Part shown: positions 17,014 through 29,986 of the stretch, piece by piece
Layout: each line of letters opens with the position of its first letter
Position numbering within the stretch: the first letter of the stretch is position 1
Source of the DNA: Eledone cirrhosa
Taxonomy: Eukaryota
Direction: 5' to 3'
DNA: 64,000 nucleotides
Assembly: GCA_964016885.1 (NCBI GenBank)
Contig: OZ024748.1
Span: 18,972,001 to 19,036,000 of the forward strand
Made by a program: the position numbers and the translations under genes
The notes under the pieces: generated by a model
The model's database searches: none
What the model was told of the DNA's origin: nothing
The model's input: the letters and a program-made list of their open reading frames with translations, nothing else

Positions 17014-17220
17014 ATAGGAACGAGTAGGACCCCGACGGCTGAGCTCAAGCCGTTTCGACGGCTAATTCTGGACTAGAATCTAGTCCAGAATTAGCCGTCG
17101 AAACGGCTTGAGCTCAGCCGTCGGGGTCTCCTACTCGTTCCTATTACCCACTCTACTACCCTAAGTATTGAGTACTTTGGTGCGTTATGGTCCACCTGGT
17201 TCCTTACCACATTTCCTTCG

Positions 17221-17222
<2 letters not shown>
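17014..17222 (+). mobile_element. Fold-back insert, family A
   Basis: Palindrome centred at ~17077 (ctggactagaatctagtccag) plus tail, TA-flanked. Confidence 0.85.
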
Positions 17223-17255
<33 letters not shown>

Positions 17256-17461
17256 ATATATATATGTAGAAATGGCTTCTACAGGACTAGAACTGTTTCA
17301 TTCGAACATAAATATATATATATGCATACACATGTATATTTCTGAAATAGTGTAATAAGGAATATGGGATTTTAATATTGGAGGTTTAGAGAGAGAAAGA
17401 AAGAGACTGAGGAACAGAAAGAAAGAAAGAAAAAAAGAAAGAGAGAGAGAGAGAGATAGAG

Positions 17462-17591
<130 letters not shown>

Positions 17592-18859
17592 TGTGTTTTT
17601 GTCTGTGTTTGTTTCTGTGTCTGTGAGACAGATTGGTAATGTTACATTGCAAGTGCTGGTTTTTGGTGTGTCAAGCAGTCTGATCAAAAAGTGAGTTAAT
17701 GGGAATTTGAAGATTTCAGTGATGTGTTGACAAATCTCAGGACAATAAATACAGAAATAAACACGATGGAACATAAAATGAAAAACAACAACTGACAATA
17801 ATAACAACAATAACAGTAATAATAAGAACAACAATAACAACAATACTAGTAATAACAACAACAACGACAACAATAACAACAATAGCAATAAGGTATAATA
17901 ATAAAAATAATAATAACAATAATGAAATATTTAGCAACATTTAAAAAAAGAGTAAAAAAATAGACGCCATTTTATATTTAAACAAATCTCATGACGAAGG
18001 AAGAATAAAGTGGCCCCTCTCTCATACACCGTGTATATATGCATGTAGGTATATGTATGTGTGTGCATGTATGTGTGTATGTGTGCATGTGCATATGTGC
18101 GTGTGTGTGTGTGTTTGTGTGTGTCTATGTATGGGTGTGTATGTATGTGTGTGTGTGTGTGTGTATGCATATTTCTACATACGGAGTGTTTCAAATCCAT
18201 CATACAGTATACACACACACACACACACACACAGACACACACACACACAGACACACACACACATATATATATATATATGCATGTATGTGTGTATGTGCAT
18301 GTATGTATGGGTGTGTGTCTATGTACGAGTGTGTGTGTGTATGCATACTTCTACATACACAGTGTCACAAATTCACCATATATATATATATATATATATA
18401 TATACCTGCATATATGTGTGTATGTGCATGTATGTATGTGTGGGTGTCTATGTATGGGTGTGTGTGTGTATGCATACTTCTAAATACACAATGTCTCAAA
18501 TTCACCATACAGTATATATATATATATATTTTATGTTTTATTTCTTCCTAAACAAGCACACAAACACATATAAGTCAGTTCACATAGACTAAAACATTTT
18601 TGAGTCTTTTTATTTTTTATTATAAATCTGCCATGTTTAAAGTATAATTTACTGGTAAACTGAAGTTAACATGTGAGCCGTAACTCCTTCGTCAGTAATT
18701 TAGTTGGTCATTGATAAGTGTATTGTGTGCAATGCTTGTACAACAATCCTAGATTTGTTTTGATTCTAGAAAAATCTGGTGACATTTTTTATGACATTAA
18801 AGTTTCCTTTAACGTAGATATCCCACATAATGAAATAAATTAAAAAAAAAAACATCTTA

Positions 18860-19135
18860 AGTCTAAGGCTTGGAGGCTCATCAGGCTGGTGATTATTCTG
18901 ATTTCCGTGGCATGAAGCGACTGAAAGGACAAGACTCCCCCATGGTCAGGACGCCAGTCCATCGCAGGGTTAAACTTCCAGTTATTATTGGTTCTCATTT
19001 CAGCTCACTATACTGGAGAAACGTGAAATGAAGTGTTTTGCTCAAGAACACAAAACACAACCCAGTGCAGGAATCGAACACATGACATTATGATCAGAAG
19101 TCCAACACCCTTACCACAAGGCTGCGCGCCTCTAC
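18860..19135 (-). mobile_element. Second tRNA-derived SINE family with CORE-like domain; relatives at 33000-33232, 33530-33650, 59460-59590, 61255-61540 (all -)
   Basis: Minus strand has a tRNA head with B-box gttcgattcc followed by tgtgttcttgagcaaaacacttcatttcac (CORE-like). It resembles octopus CORE-SINEs. Confidence 0.8.
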
Positions 19136-19765
19136 ATAAAAATAAAATAGAGGACCTTAAATCTAGCGAGCATGATTCTATTGTACAGGAAAATAAAATT
19201 AGAAGGTGAGGAATCGATTCACTTTAATTTCGGGATTTGTGGGACTAGGGATTATACTTTGTTGACAAACAAAATATCTGTTGGACATCCGTCGATTGTA
19301 ACAATGAGTATTCCAGTTCATATGCAAGTGGCTGAGAATTTCACAGATATCTGTACCCTTAATGAAGTTCTCAGGAAGACTCGATACGACATTTGTTCAA
19401 AGATGGTAGCATAATCTGATGTGTATGTTGCCCCAAATTTCAGCTGTATTTCAGTGTATGTATGGAGGAATCGTCTTGCAGGCAACGATTGTGATCATGC
19501 GTATTAATGTTAGAGTTACCATCATAATAATTAAAGTAGAGGCAGGGATTAAATGTGAGAGAGTTTCTCCGAAACTGATCTACTGGATCATGTCTGTTTT
19601 ACAAAGATCGGAGAGAAATCTGAATATAAAAGTATAAAACAGTGTAAACTGACTTTTTGTACCTCATGTACATACACACACACATTCACTGACTGACTCA
19701 CTCACACGCACACACTCTCACACATACACACATATATACATGTATATATATATCTATATATATAT

Positions 19766-19866
<101 letters not shown>

Positions 19867-19879
19867 CATATTATGTATG

Positions 19880-19916
<37 letters not shown>

Positions 19917-19949
19917 TATATGTCTGTATATATATGTACATATATATAG

Positions 19950-20049
<100 letters not shown>

Positions 20050-20089
20050 CTATATATATGTACATATATATACATGTACATATATATAC

Positions 20090-20545
20090 AAACAACCAAC
20101 CAACAACATGTAAATAAATAAACAAATAGATAAATGAACACAAACACACACAGGCACCCGGATGTGGCGCATGCGCAAACTGAGCGCACAACACACACAC
20201 AGAAACACAAAATGGCGTAGGAAAGAAGAAAGGAAAGGCACAGAAACAAAGAAAGGAATCCCCAGTCACTGAAGAGGTCACAGAGTGTGTGACGAAAGGA
20301 CTATGACTATATATAAACAACTATCTGGTTGTGGAACCAACCAACCAACCAGAAATTTATGAGTTTGTAGATTTATAAGTTTGTAGATTTGTAAATTTAT
20401 AAATTTATAAATATATAATAAATTGAAGTGAAAGCAACTGGTGCGTGTGTTTCTTATTGGCAACATGACCCTTCCAAAGTGTAACAATATCGGTTTCAAC
20501 ACACGATTTCAGATAAAGAATCTTGCTAAACAAATTCAGAAACGA

Positions 20546-20547
<2 letters not shown>
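20090..20547 (+). mobile_element. Solo terminal repeat (pLTR) of the same PLE family as 22049-23440, containing a hammerhead
   Basis: 20415-20547 is near-identical to 23308-23440 (ataataaattgaagtgaaagcaactggtgcgtg...aaacgaaa). It is flanked by (TA)n on both sides. Confidence 0.85.
20264..20308 (+). ncRNA. Type I minimal hammerhead ribozyme in PLE pLTR
   Basis: AGUCA-CUGAAGA-G-GUCACA gagug UGUGAC-GAAA-GGAC-UA-UGACU. Stems I and II pair fully. Confidence 0.85.
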
Positions 20548-20580
<33 letters not shown>

Positions 20581-20735
20581 GAAAATAGAGAAATTAATGT
20601 AAGCAAAAAGCCGACAATAATTCAGACATATAAGTGACTATAACATCAAGATTAAAGTTTTTTAATGTAAGCTATATATATATATAACATATATATATTA
20701 CATATATATGTATTTATATATATATATATATTTAA

Positions 20736-20790
<55 letters not shown>

Positions 20791-20852
20791 CACACAGAGT
20801 ATATATGTTACTACATAGAGGTTGCACTGCGGTATGTATCCTTCATCAGTTG

Positions 20853-20903
<51 letters not shown>

Positions 20904-20963
20904 GAGAGTATATATAAGATACTACATAGAGGTTGCACTGCGGTATTCATCCTTCATCAGTTG

Positions 20964-21031
<68 letters not shown>

Positions 21032-21079
21032 TATATATAACATAGAGGGTGCACTGCGGTATATATCCTTCATCAGTTG

Positions 21080-21151
<72 letters not shown>

Positions 21152-21846
21152 TATATATAACATAGAGGCTGCACTGCGGTATGTATCCTTCATCAGTTGT
21201 CAACCCAAGATAAAAACTATTTTGAAGCCCTCTGACTGTGTCACACCCTCAACCGAAACCAAATTCAGCTGCAACCACCCAACAATTATTTTCTTCTATT
21301 TGTTGAAGTTTTCTTCCTCGTTCTTCGTCCTTCTTTCTTCCTTCTTCGTTCTCAGCTTTGTTCAGTCTCCCCCCCCCGCTATCCATCCCCCACTCCCCAC
21401 GGCCGTATCAATGATGGTGCCTTTCTCTCCTCCCTTTGCAGTTCGCAAGTCCCTATTCTGATCTTTACCAAAACTCCAAGGTAGAATTGTTAGAGCGTCG
21501 GATAACATACTGTGCAGCATTTCTTCTGCTGCAGCAGCAGCAGCAGCAGCAGCAGCAGCCACAGCAGCAGCAGCCACAGCAGCAGCAACAACAGCAGCAA
21601 CTGCAACAGCCGCAGCAACAGCAATAGTAGTAGTGGTATGTGAAAATTGAACGGAAAACGACAAAGCAAATAAAGAGTACAGTACAATGAATTTATATAT
21701 TAGTTTAACGCGGATGAAAGACTAGCGTCCGACCGAAACATCAAATACATATTATTTTCCTGCTATATCAAGCGTTTAACTAATCTTCATTGCACTGTAT
21801 CTGTTCCGTGTCGTTTCTTTCGTTTACTTTTCACACAAACATTAAA

Positions 21847-21879
<33 letters not shown>

Positions 21880-22048
21880 CATATATATAACAGAATTTTA
21901 CAGCTTGCTTGAAAAATTGTTTAATAGGAGACACAGATTAAACATATGGTCTTTAAAATTTAAATTTGTGTCACACACACACACACACACGCATATGTAT
22001 TACAGATATATGTATGTATAATATAGAAATGGCTTCTACAGGACTAGA

Positions 22049-22640
22049 CAGCAACCTCTTAACCCTGATAATGTACTCCCGCTACGTTGATGATATAAAC
22101 ATCGTAGTAAAAACACCCCCACTAGAGAACAGTCAGGAATTAGAGAAAAACACAATAGAAAGCATCCAGCAAATAGCTAACTCCATCCACCAGAGTATTA
22201 GAGTTGCTATAGACTACCCAAGCAAACACCCCAACCATCGATTACCTGTACTAGACACAGAGTTCTGGTTAGATACCATTAATAACAAAAAACAAAACCT
22301 CCATTCCCATTATGCCAAACCCATGACTTCCAAATATCTGATCCAACTCAGCTGTTTCGGACCATACCAAAATCAACATACTGATTGCGGATTTGGTACG
22401 GGTGATGAGAAACGTGTCCCGCATGTGCAACCCCAAAGAACTAGAGAGACACATACACTTCATCCACCGTATGCAGTTCTCTGGTTACAATCAGAGAGAT
22501 AAAATCAGAGTATATAGAGGAGCCAGAACCAAATGGGAAAAATGGTAAATAATGATACAAATGGGACCTGCCCCTTGTATAGGAGCACATTTTGGAATAG
22601 AATAGAAAGAACTAGGAATAAGGTTAATATAATAAACTCA
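22049..22640 (+). pseudogene. PLE reverse transcriptase fragment (frameshifted)
   Basis: ORF 21966-22502 carries RYVDD. The PLE thumb motifs continue in another frame, and the region is interrupted by a SINE at 22650. Confidence 0.88.
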
Positions 22641-22649
22641 TAGTATGAT

Positions 22650-22699
22650 TACCAGTAATGCACTGGGTAATTGCTGGCCTTGTGCCTAAAGTAGAAACA
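22650..22699 (+). mobile_element. 5'-truncated SINE inserted into the PLE ORF
   Basis: SINE 3' end with 8-bp TSD agtatgat (22642-22649/22700-22707). Confidence 0.88.
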
Positions 22700-22728
22700 A
22701 GTATGATAGCAATAAATACCAGAGTGTA

Positions 22729-23262
22729 ATGTTCATCAATACAACCCCTAGAGGTGAATTAGCTTACAAATTTAGAAGGGCCCTAGATAAACATAAACTC
22801 AATATTAAGATAGTAGAAAGACCAGGTACCTCCATAAAAACACTTATTAGTAATACATACCCTTTTCAAAGACCTCCCTGTATAGATAAGAAATGTATAA
22901 TCTGTAAACTAAGCCCCCATATTAACTGTAAAACTAGAAATGTACTATATAGCATAAGATGTACTGAAGGACAATGTAGAGATAAGAATATAGTGTACAT
23001 AGGTGAGACAGCTCGTAGTATAGGAGAACGGATAAATGAACACTGGCGAGAGCTTCAAGATAGTAAAGAATCATCTGTACTCCACCAACATGCTAAAATA
23101 GAACATAAGGGTAAATTAGAGAACATAGAAATAAAAATAGAATCTACACACAGAAAAGACGCAATGTTTAGACAAATCACAGAGGCAATAAACATAAATG
23201 AACTCCAACCAAAATTAAATAGAAAACATGAATGGAATAGCAACATCACAACTTACAATTAA
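22729..23262 (+). CDS. PLE GIY-YIG endonuclease domain (C-terminal part of the decayed PLE ORF)
   Basis: 177-aa ORF with CxxxxCxxC, VLY-x-I-x-C...YIGET-x-R...R..EH, conserved E in RQITEA and N in PKLNRK. Confidence 0.9.
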   Translation: MFINTTPRGELAYKFRRALDKHKLNIKIVERPGTSIKTLISNTYPFQRPPCIDKKCIICKLSPHINCKTRNVLYSIRCTEGQCRDKNIVYIGETARSIGERINEHWRELQDSKESSVLHQHAKIEHKGKLENIEIKIESTHRKDAMFRQITEAININELQPKLNRKHEWNSNITTYN

Positions 23263-23870
23263 GGACAAAATGAAAACACACACACACATAGAACAAACAA
23301 CCAATTTATAATAAATTGAAGTGAAAGCAACTGGTGCGTGTATTTCTTATTGGCAACATGACCCTCCCAAAGCATAACAATATCGGTTTCAACACACGTT
23401 TTCAGATAAAGAATCTTGCTAAACAAATTTATAAACGAAATATATATATATATATATATTTGGGTACATGTGTGATTGTGATATATGTTTTACATGATGA
23501 ATCTTTTGTCAACACAACCGTAGTATGATCAACCGTAATGGTGCGGAGTGGGACGAATCAGAGAATGTGACGCGGGTTCGATATTTGAGGGAACGCTTCG
23601 GTCTACTTAAATTTTATAATCTATAATTTTCTAACGTAGTTCAACGTCTGGAGTTGGATTAACACTGACTAGATACCTTGTACCATGAAATGCTATATTG
23701 GTTATGTATATGTATACATATATACTTATATTCATACATATATACATACATACATACATACATACATTCATACATATGTACTTACATACATACAGACGTG
23801 CATACACACATATATACACACTCACATATATAAATATATATACCCACACAAATGAATAATATATATATAT

Positions 23871-24012
23871 AACGAAGGAATTGTGGTAAGGAACCAAATG
23901 GACCATAACGCACCAAAGTACTCAATACTTAGGGTAGTAGAGTGGGTAATAGGAACAGAAATAGCCGTTGAAACGGCTTGAGCTCTGCCGTCGGGGTCAC
24001 ACTTGTTCCTAT
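23871..24012 (-). mobile_element. Family A insert
   Basis: Tail followed by an inverted arm (cagaaatagccgttgaaacggcttgagctctgccgtcggggtc), TA-flanked. Confidence 0.8.
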
Positions 24013-24063
24013 ATATATATATATATACAAACACAAATGAATTATATATATATATATTCATGT

Positions 24064-24106
<43 letters not shown>

Positions 24107-24343
24107 CACCCGACATATTTAAAAAGTAGTACGGCAGCTTAACCGTTCGTACACACATACACACTTATATATATTTATATATATATACCAGACATATTTT
24201 AGTAAAGGAATTAGTAAAGTGGTTCAACGACCTTTTGAGTGTTTAATAACTACAAATTAAAAGAATCTGTTATTTATGATCTAAAGGAGTGATATATATA
24301 TACATATATATATACATATATATATATATGTATATGTATATAT

Positions 24344-24374
<31 letters not shown>

Positions 24375-24609
24375 CATATATATATATATACATATATATA
24401 TACATATATATATACACATATATATATGTATATGTATATATATGTATATAGATATATATACATATATATACACACATATATATATGTATATGTATATATA
24501 TATATGTATATATGTATGTATATATATATATATACATACATATATGTATATGTATTATATATTATATATATATGTATATATGTATTATCTGTTACATAAT
24601 ATATATATG

Positions 24610-24841
<232 letters not shown>

Positions 24842-25121
24842 CACATATATATATATACGTATAACAACTTGTAGAGGTAAAATATTTGTCGAAACACACA
24901 AAACATACATTTATTATATCTCAGGAGAGAAGGAACTAAATCTTACCGACATATTATCCTTAGGGTGAGGTCAGCAATTATATAAAATCGAAAGAACCTC
25001 TTAAGAAGCAATTACTGAAAGTTAAATACCGACAAAAAACACAACAAACATACATAAAACACATAAATCACGAGACCTGCGGAGAAAAACTGAAAGATTT
25101 CAAATATTGTATCAAGAATTG

Positions 25122-25245
25122 GAATCTTGAGGTTATCAAAACTATAATAAAGGAAGGTCTGCGGGACTGCGTACGGTTAAAAGAAATAAACCGTACGCAG
25201 TCCCGCAGACCTTCCTTTATTATAGTTTTGATAACCTCAAGATTC
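25122..25245. repeat. Perfect inverted repeat, 57-bp arms, 10-nt spacer
   Basis: gaatcttgaggttatcaaaactataataaaggaaggtctgcgggactgcgtacggtt and its exact reverse complement. Confidence 0.9.
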
Positions 25246-25264
25246 ATTACTTTGAATAAATAAT

Positions 25265-25520
25265 TGTTTCTACTTTAGGCACAAGGCCAGCAATTACCCA
25301 ATGCATTACTGGTACTTTATTTTATCGATCCCGTAAGGATGAAAGGCAAAGTCAACCTCGGCGGGATTTGAACTCAGATCGTAAAGGGACGTAACTATGC
25401 TGGAAAGCATGGCGTCCGACCTCTACCGATACTGCCAATCTACCGCCCTACATTGAAAATCTACCGCCAATTTACCGCCAATCTTGCCAATCTACCGCCT
25501 ACATTGCCAATCTACCGCCC
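25265..25520 (-). mobile_element. Full-length SINE (same family) with reiterated 5' head
   Basis: 18-bp TSD ttactttgaataaataat (25247-25264/25521-25538). The head unit gccaatctaccgcc is repeated about 4 times. Confidence 0.9.
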
Positions 25521-26104
25521 TTACTTTGAATAAATAATGAATGAATATTACATAATTTATGTACTAAATTTCGTAAACAAATAATTTCGTAAAAATAAAT
25601 AATTTAAAATTGACTTCTTTTCAAAGTTACACTTCCGGTATATCGTCGCCATCAACACCACTTCAACTACCATATATATAGAGACAGTGTGTGATGAGAG
25701 AGATAGAGAGATTATGATTTTCTACACGCTGACACGTATGAGTGTGCACATACATACATCTATATATATGTGTTTCTACTTTAGGCACAAGGCCAGCAAT
25801 TACCCAGTGCATTACTGGTACTTTATTTTATCGACCCCTCATATATATATGAGTACATAACTATATGAGTACATAACTATAATCGCGCAAACACAAACTT
25901 ATAAAAATGCACCCTCACGGACATAATTCACACAAATACACATACTTTCACACATACTTTCACACAAGCATACATACATTAACACATACATTTACACAAA
26001 CACACACATAGTCATGATAGCAGCGTTCGGTGAAATTGGAAATAGGAGGGTAAAAGAGGTATAACGTTTTATTTATTTATTAACTCTTTATTTATTTATT
26101 AACT

Positions 26105-26762
26105 CTTTTTTTTTTAAACTCATTTATTGTAATGGTTACAGAACGAAAACACTAACAAATATAATATATACAAAGGAAAGGGAAAGGAAAAAAAGAAAGA
26201 GAAAAATACACAAGCAGGTTATACACACATCTTAGGCCACAGAACAATATGCAGGCGAAAGATTGGAAAAACCAGCCACTACCAGAGCAAAAGATAGCAA
26301 TATAGCGAGGAGCACTGGGAAACATCTCTAATAATTTTTGAGGCAGGCCAGCACGCTCGCAGCGTTACCTGGGGTGATGGCAAGGCTGAGGTGCTGGAAC
26401 AACCAAGTGCCCCCACGAGCATCACCAGTTACCTCTGTTTAGCGAGCCGCCAGTGAAGATAAGAATCTCGCTGTCAGTAGCCCGACTCCCTCGAACGCCA
26501 CAGTCTGGATAATGTAGTTAGTTGAAAGAACACGATATTTTAGGATTTTGTTCCGTTCAGCTGCGGATGCTGTAGCTCTCGCCCTTACCGCTGCATCCAG
26601 AATGTGGGAAGAAGCAAAAGAGTCACTAAATGTGACGTCCCAGCTAAGGCACTTTCCCCTTGACCAGGAGCACAGAGTAAGACCGCCAAGTCTTTTCCCA
26701 TCAATTCACGAAAACCCAGACGGTTCCAAAATTGAGGGGATGTTTGTCTGGACCAAAGCTCT
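26105..26762 (-). mobile_element. 3' fragment of a CRE-clade non-LTR retrotransposon (RLE domain, 3' UTR, poly-A)
   Basis: Minus frame 26762-26328 reads RALVQTNIPSILEPSGFS*IDGKRLGGLTLCSWSRGKCLSWDVT...AAERNKILKY...TGDARGGTWLFQHLSLAITPGNAASVL, with 2 stops. AATAAA and an A-tail follow near 26105-26130. Confidence 0.85.
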
Positions 26763-27319
26763 TGAGTGGTAATAGGGCAGTGTGTGTATGTGCGCGTACG
26801 TGAGTTTGTCGGCGTTCTTAAATTAGAGACACGTGTGTGTGTATCGCTGTTTTTAAATTAGACATATATATGTGTGTGGGGTAAGTGTAAAAGCCAAACT
26901 CGCTGTCTTCCTGGTATTCCTGCCAACTCTTACCGAGGATCATGAATCTTGAGTAATGACCAAAAGAATACAATTGCAAATAAAAGTGGCAGAAATGTGA
27001 TTACTCGATAAAGTGCATAACTCAGAGACCAGAGAGTCACTCCTGGTAGAGCCGCTACTTCTCTGAATTGAGAGATCACAACTCCGATATTATGAGCATG
27101 TGGTTAGAATGTCTCAGTAAAGAATCACTGGACACACAATTAATAATGATTGTGGATAATATGGAGGGTAAAATGGTTATTGTGGGTAAAAGGATATTTG
27201 TGGGTAAGTTGTCGGTAAATGGTGGGTAAAATGTATATTGTGGGTAAAACGGTGGGTAAAATAATTATTGTGAGTAAAATAGTAGGTAAAATAATTATTG
27301 TGGGTAAAAGGGTAGGTAA

Positions 27320-28430
27320 AAACGGACCTCCCAAATAAAAAAACGGACCCCAAATAAAAAACGGATCCCTTCAAATAAAAAACGAACCCCCAAATAAAAA
27401 ACGGATTCCCCCAAATAAAAAACGGACCCCAAATAAAAAGCGGACCCTCAAACAAAAAAGGACCCCCCCCAATTAAAAAACGGACCCCCAAATAAAAAAC
27501 GGAGCCCCAATAAAAAACGAACCCCCAAATAAAAAACGGACCCCCAAATATAAAACGGAGCCCCCAAAATAAAACGGATTCTCCCAAATAAAAAACGGCT
27601 GCCCGCCAATTAAAAAACGGATCTCCCCAAATAAAAAACGGACTCCCCCATTTAAAGAGGGACCCCCCACAAATAAAAAACGGACCCCCCCTCCAAATAA
27701 AAATTGGACCCCCCCAAATAAAAAACGGATCCCCCAAATAAAAAAACGGACCTCCAAATAAAAAAAGGGACCTCCCAAATAAAAAAACGCAACCCCAAAT
27801 AAAAAACGGAGCCCCAATAAAAAACGGATCCCCCAAAGAAAAAATGGACCCCCAAATAAAAAACGGAGCCCCAAATAAAAAACGGATCCTCCCAAATAAA
27901 AAACGGCTGCCCGCCAATTAAAAAACGGATCGCCTCAAATAAAAAACGAACCCCCAAATAAAAAACGGATTCTCCCAAATAAAAAATGGACCCCCAAATA
28001 AAAAACGAACCCCCAAATAAAAAACGGACCCCCAAATAAAAAACGGAGCCCCCCAAATAGAAAACGGACTCCCCCCAATAAAAAATGGAGCCTCCCAAAT
28101 AAAAAACGGACCCCCCATTTAAAAAAGGACCCCCCACAAATAAAAACGGATCCCCTCCAAATAAAAAACGGACCCCCAAATAAAAAACGGATACCCCAAA
28201 TAAAAAACGGACCCCCAAATAAAAACGGAACCCCCCAAATATAAAACGGACTCCCCCCAATAAAAAACGGACCCCCCATTTAAAAAAGGACCCTCCACAA
28301 ATAAAAACGGACCCCCCTCCAAATAAAAAACGGACCCCCCAAATAAAAAACTTATCCCCAAAATAAAAAAACCGACCCCCAAATAAAAAACGGACCCCCC
28401 CCAAATAGAAAACGGACCCCCAAATAAAAT
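27320..28430. repeat. Minisatellite, ~20-bp unit aaataaaaaacggacccccc (preceded by a gtgggtaaaa repeat at 27160-27320)
   Basis: About 50 degenerate units, with higher-order recurrence of variant units. Confidence 0.95.
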
Positions 28431-28461
28431 TATTGTTATTATTTGTCAGTATCAAATGCTG

Positions 28462-28559
28462 TCGAGGTTAACTTTATCTTTCATCCTTACGGGTTCGATA
28501 AAATAAAGTACCAGTAATGCACTGGGATAATTGCTGGCCTTGTGCTAAAAGTAGAAACA
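28462..28559 (+). mobile_element. 5'-truncated SINE; further short copies at 5207-5252, 25771-25838, 59801-59847, 61085-61148
   Basis: Core plus 3' end, with an imperfect TSD attatttg(t/c)cagtat. Confidence 0.85.
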
Positions 28560-29047
28560 ATTATTTGCCAGTATTTAATCAGTAACACTTTTGTTAAATT
28601 TTGATCCATATTCCTAATAAAAAATCTACAATTTGATTTCCAAATAATTTTGAAAATAATCAATAATTTTAGAGATATTCCATATAACTAACTTTCTCAT
28701 TATTAAACTGTTGTTTGAAACAATTTAATAAAGGTTTTTACATAAAATTATGATGAAGGGGTTTTAGATAAATATAAACATTTTAACCATTTTGTTATAG
28801 TTTTAATGAAATATACAGGATTTTAATCCACTAAATAATATATAAAATTATTTGAGAGAGAATGACTTCACACACGCAAACACATACTCCCACCCCCACA
28901 CACATACACACGCACTCACAAACATACATCCGCACAGACAGACTCACACACACATATACACATATAAATTACATCATTCGTACATTGAGCGTTAAGCCTT
29001 GGTGAAATGCTAAAGTTATATATATATATATATATATATAGTAATAA

Positions 29048-29420
29048 TTGTTTCTACTTTAGGCACAAGGCCAGCAATTACCCAGTGCATTACTGGTACT
29101 TTATTTTATCGACCCTGTAAGGATGAAAGGCAAAGTTAACCTCGACGGGATTTGAACTCATACCATAAAAGGCCGTAACTCTATGTTGCAAAACATGACG
29201 TCCGACCCTCTACCGATACTGGCAATCCGCTGAGTAATAATTGTTTCTACTTTAGGCACAAGGCCAGCAATTACCCAGTGCATTACTGGTACTTTATTTT
29301 ATCGACCCCGTAAGGATGAAAGGTAAAGTCAACCTCGGCGGGATTTGAACTCAGATTGTAAAGGGACGTAACTATGCTGGAAAGCATAGTGTCCGACCCT
29401 CTACCGATACTGCCAATCTA
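29048..29420 (-). mobile_element. Two tandem SINE copies
   Basis: 29048-29232 and 29242-29420, each preceded by gtaataat. Confidence 0.9.
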
Positions 29421-29892
29421 CATAATAATAATAAATGTGAAGACTAAAATTCGAAGAGGACTCCATAAGGATTATATATAATATAAATATATATAAAAAC
29501 CGTAGAGCAAATATTTATTAAAATAACAGATTAAAGCTTAAGCAAAGAATCGCTGCTTTCACCCTTAACGGGATCATCTGAAACCCAGAAGATCCCGTTT
29601 AATCCGTCTTTGATTAAACTGTAATCTGTTTGGTGCTCTGAAATAACAATTGATGTATAGTATATCTGAATAACAATGTATGTATAGTATATCTGAAATA
29701 ACAATGTATGTATAGTATATTTGGCAAGGCTGTCAGCCTCTCCTCCTTCTTTCGTCGAAAATAAGTAAGTGACATAGTCACTACTTTAAAACTGATAGCG
29801 TATGGTCTTCTAAATGTTTTTAATTAAACATACGGTATATTGCCAAATACACACACACACACACGCGCACACGCACACACGCACACACACAC

Positions 29893-29986
<94 letters not shown>

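Larger units (their letters stand above)
22049..23440 (+). mobile_element. 5'-truncated Penelope-like retroelement (RT C-terminal half + Cys linker + GIY-YIG endonuclease + 3' terminal repeat), decayed
   Basis: YSRYVDDINIV RT catalytic motif, then LPVLDTEFW and HYAKPM. After a frameshift near 22345 the thumb region reads NSAVSDHTKINILIADLVRVMRN...MQFSGY. It is followed by a CIDKKCIIC linker and NVLYSIRC...VYIGETARSIGERINEH (GIY-YIG). The 3' end runs into (TA)n at 23441. Confidence 0.93.

Noticed and set aside
21705-21745. Possible hammerhead (cggatga...ccgaaacatc); also CUGACGA at ~18686-18692 minus
   Set aside because: The core is mutated or the GAAA half is missing, and stem I cannot be paired. 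At most these are decayed relics.
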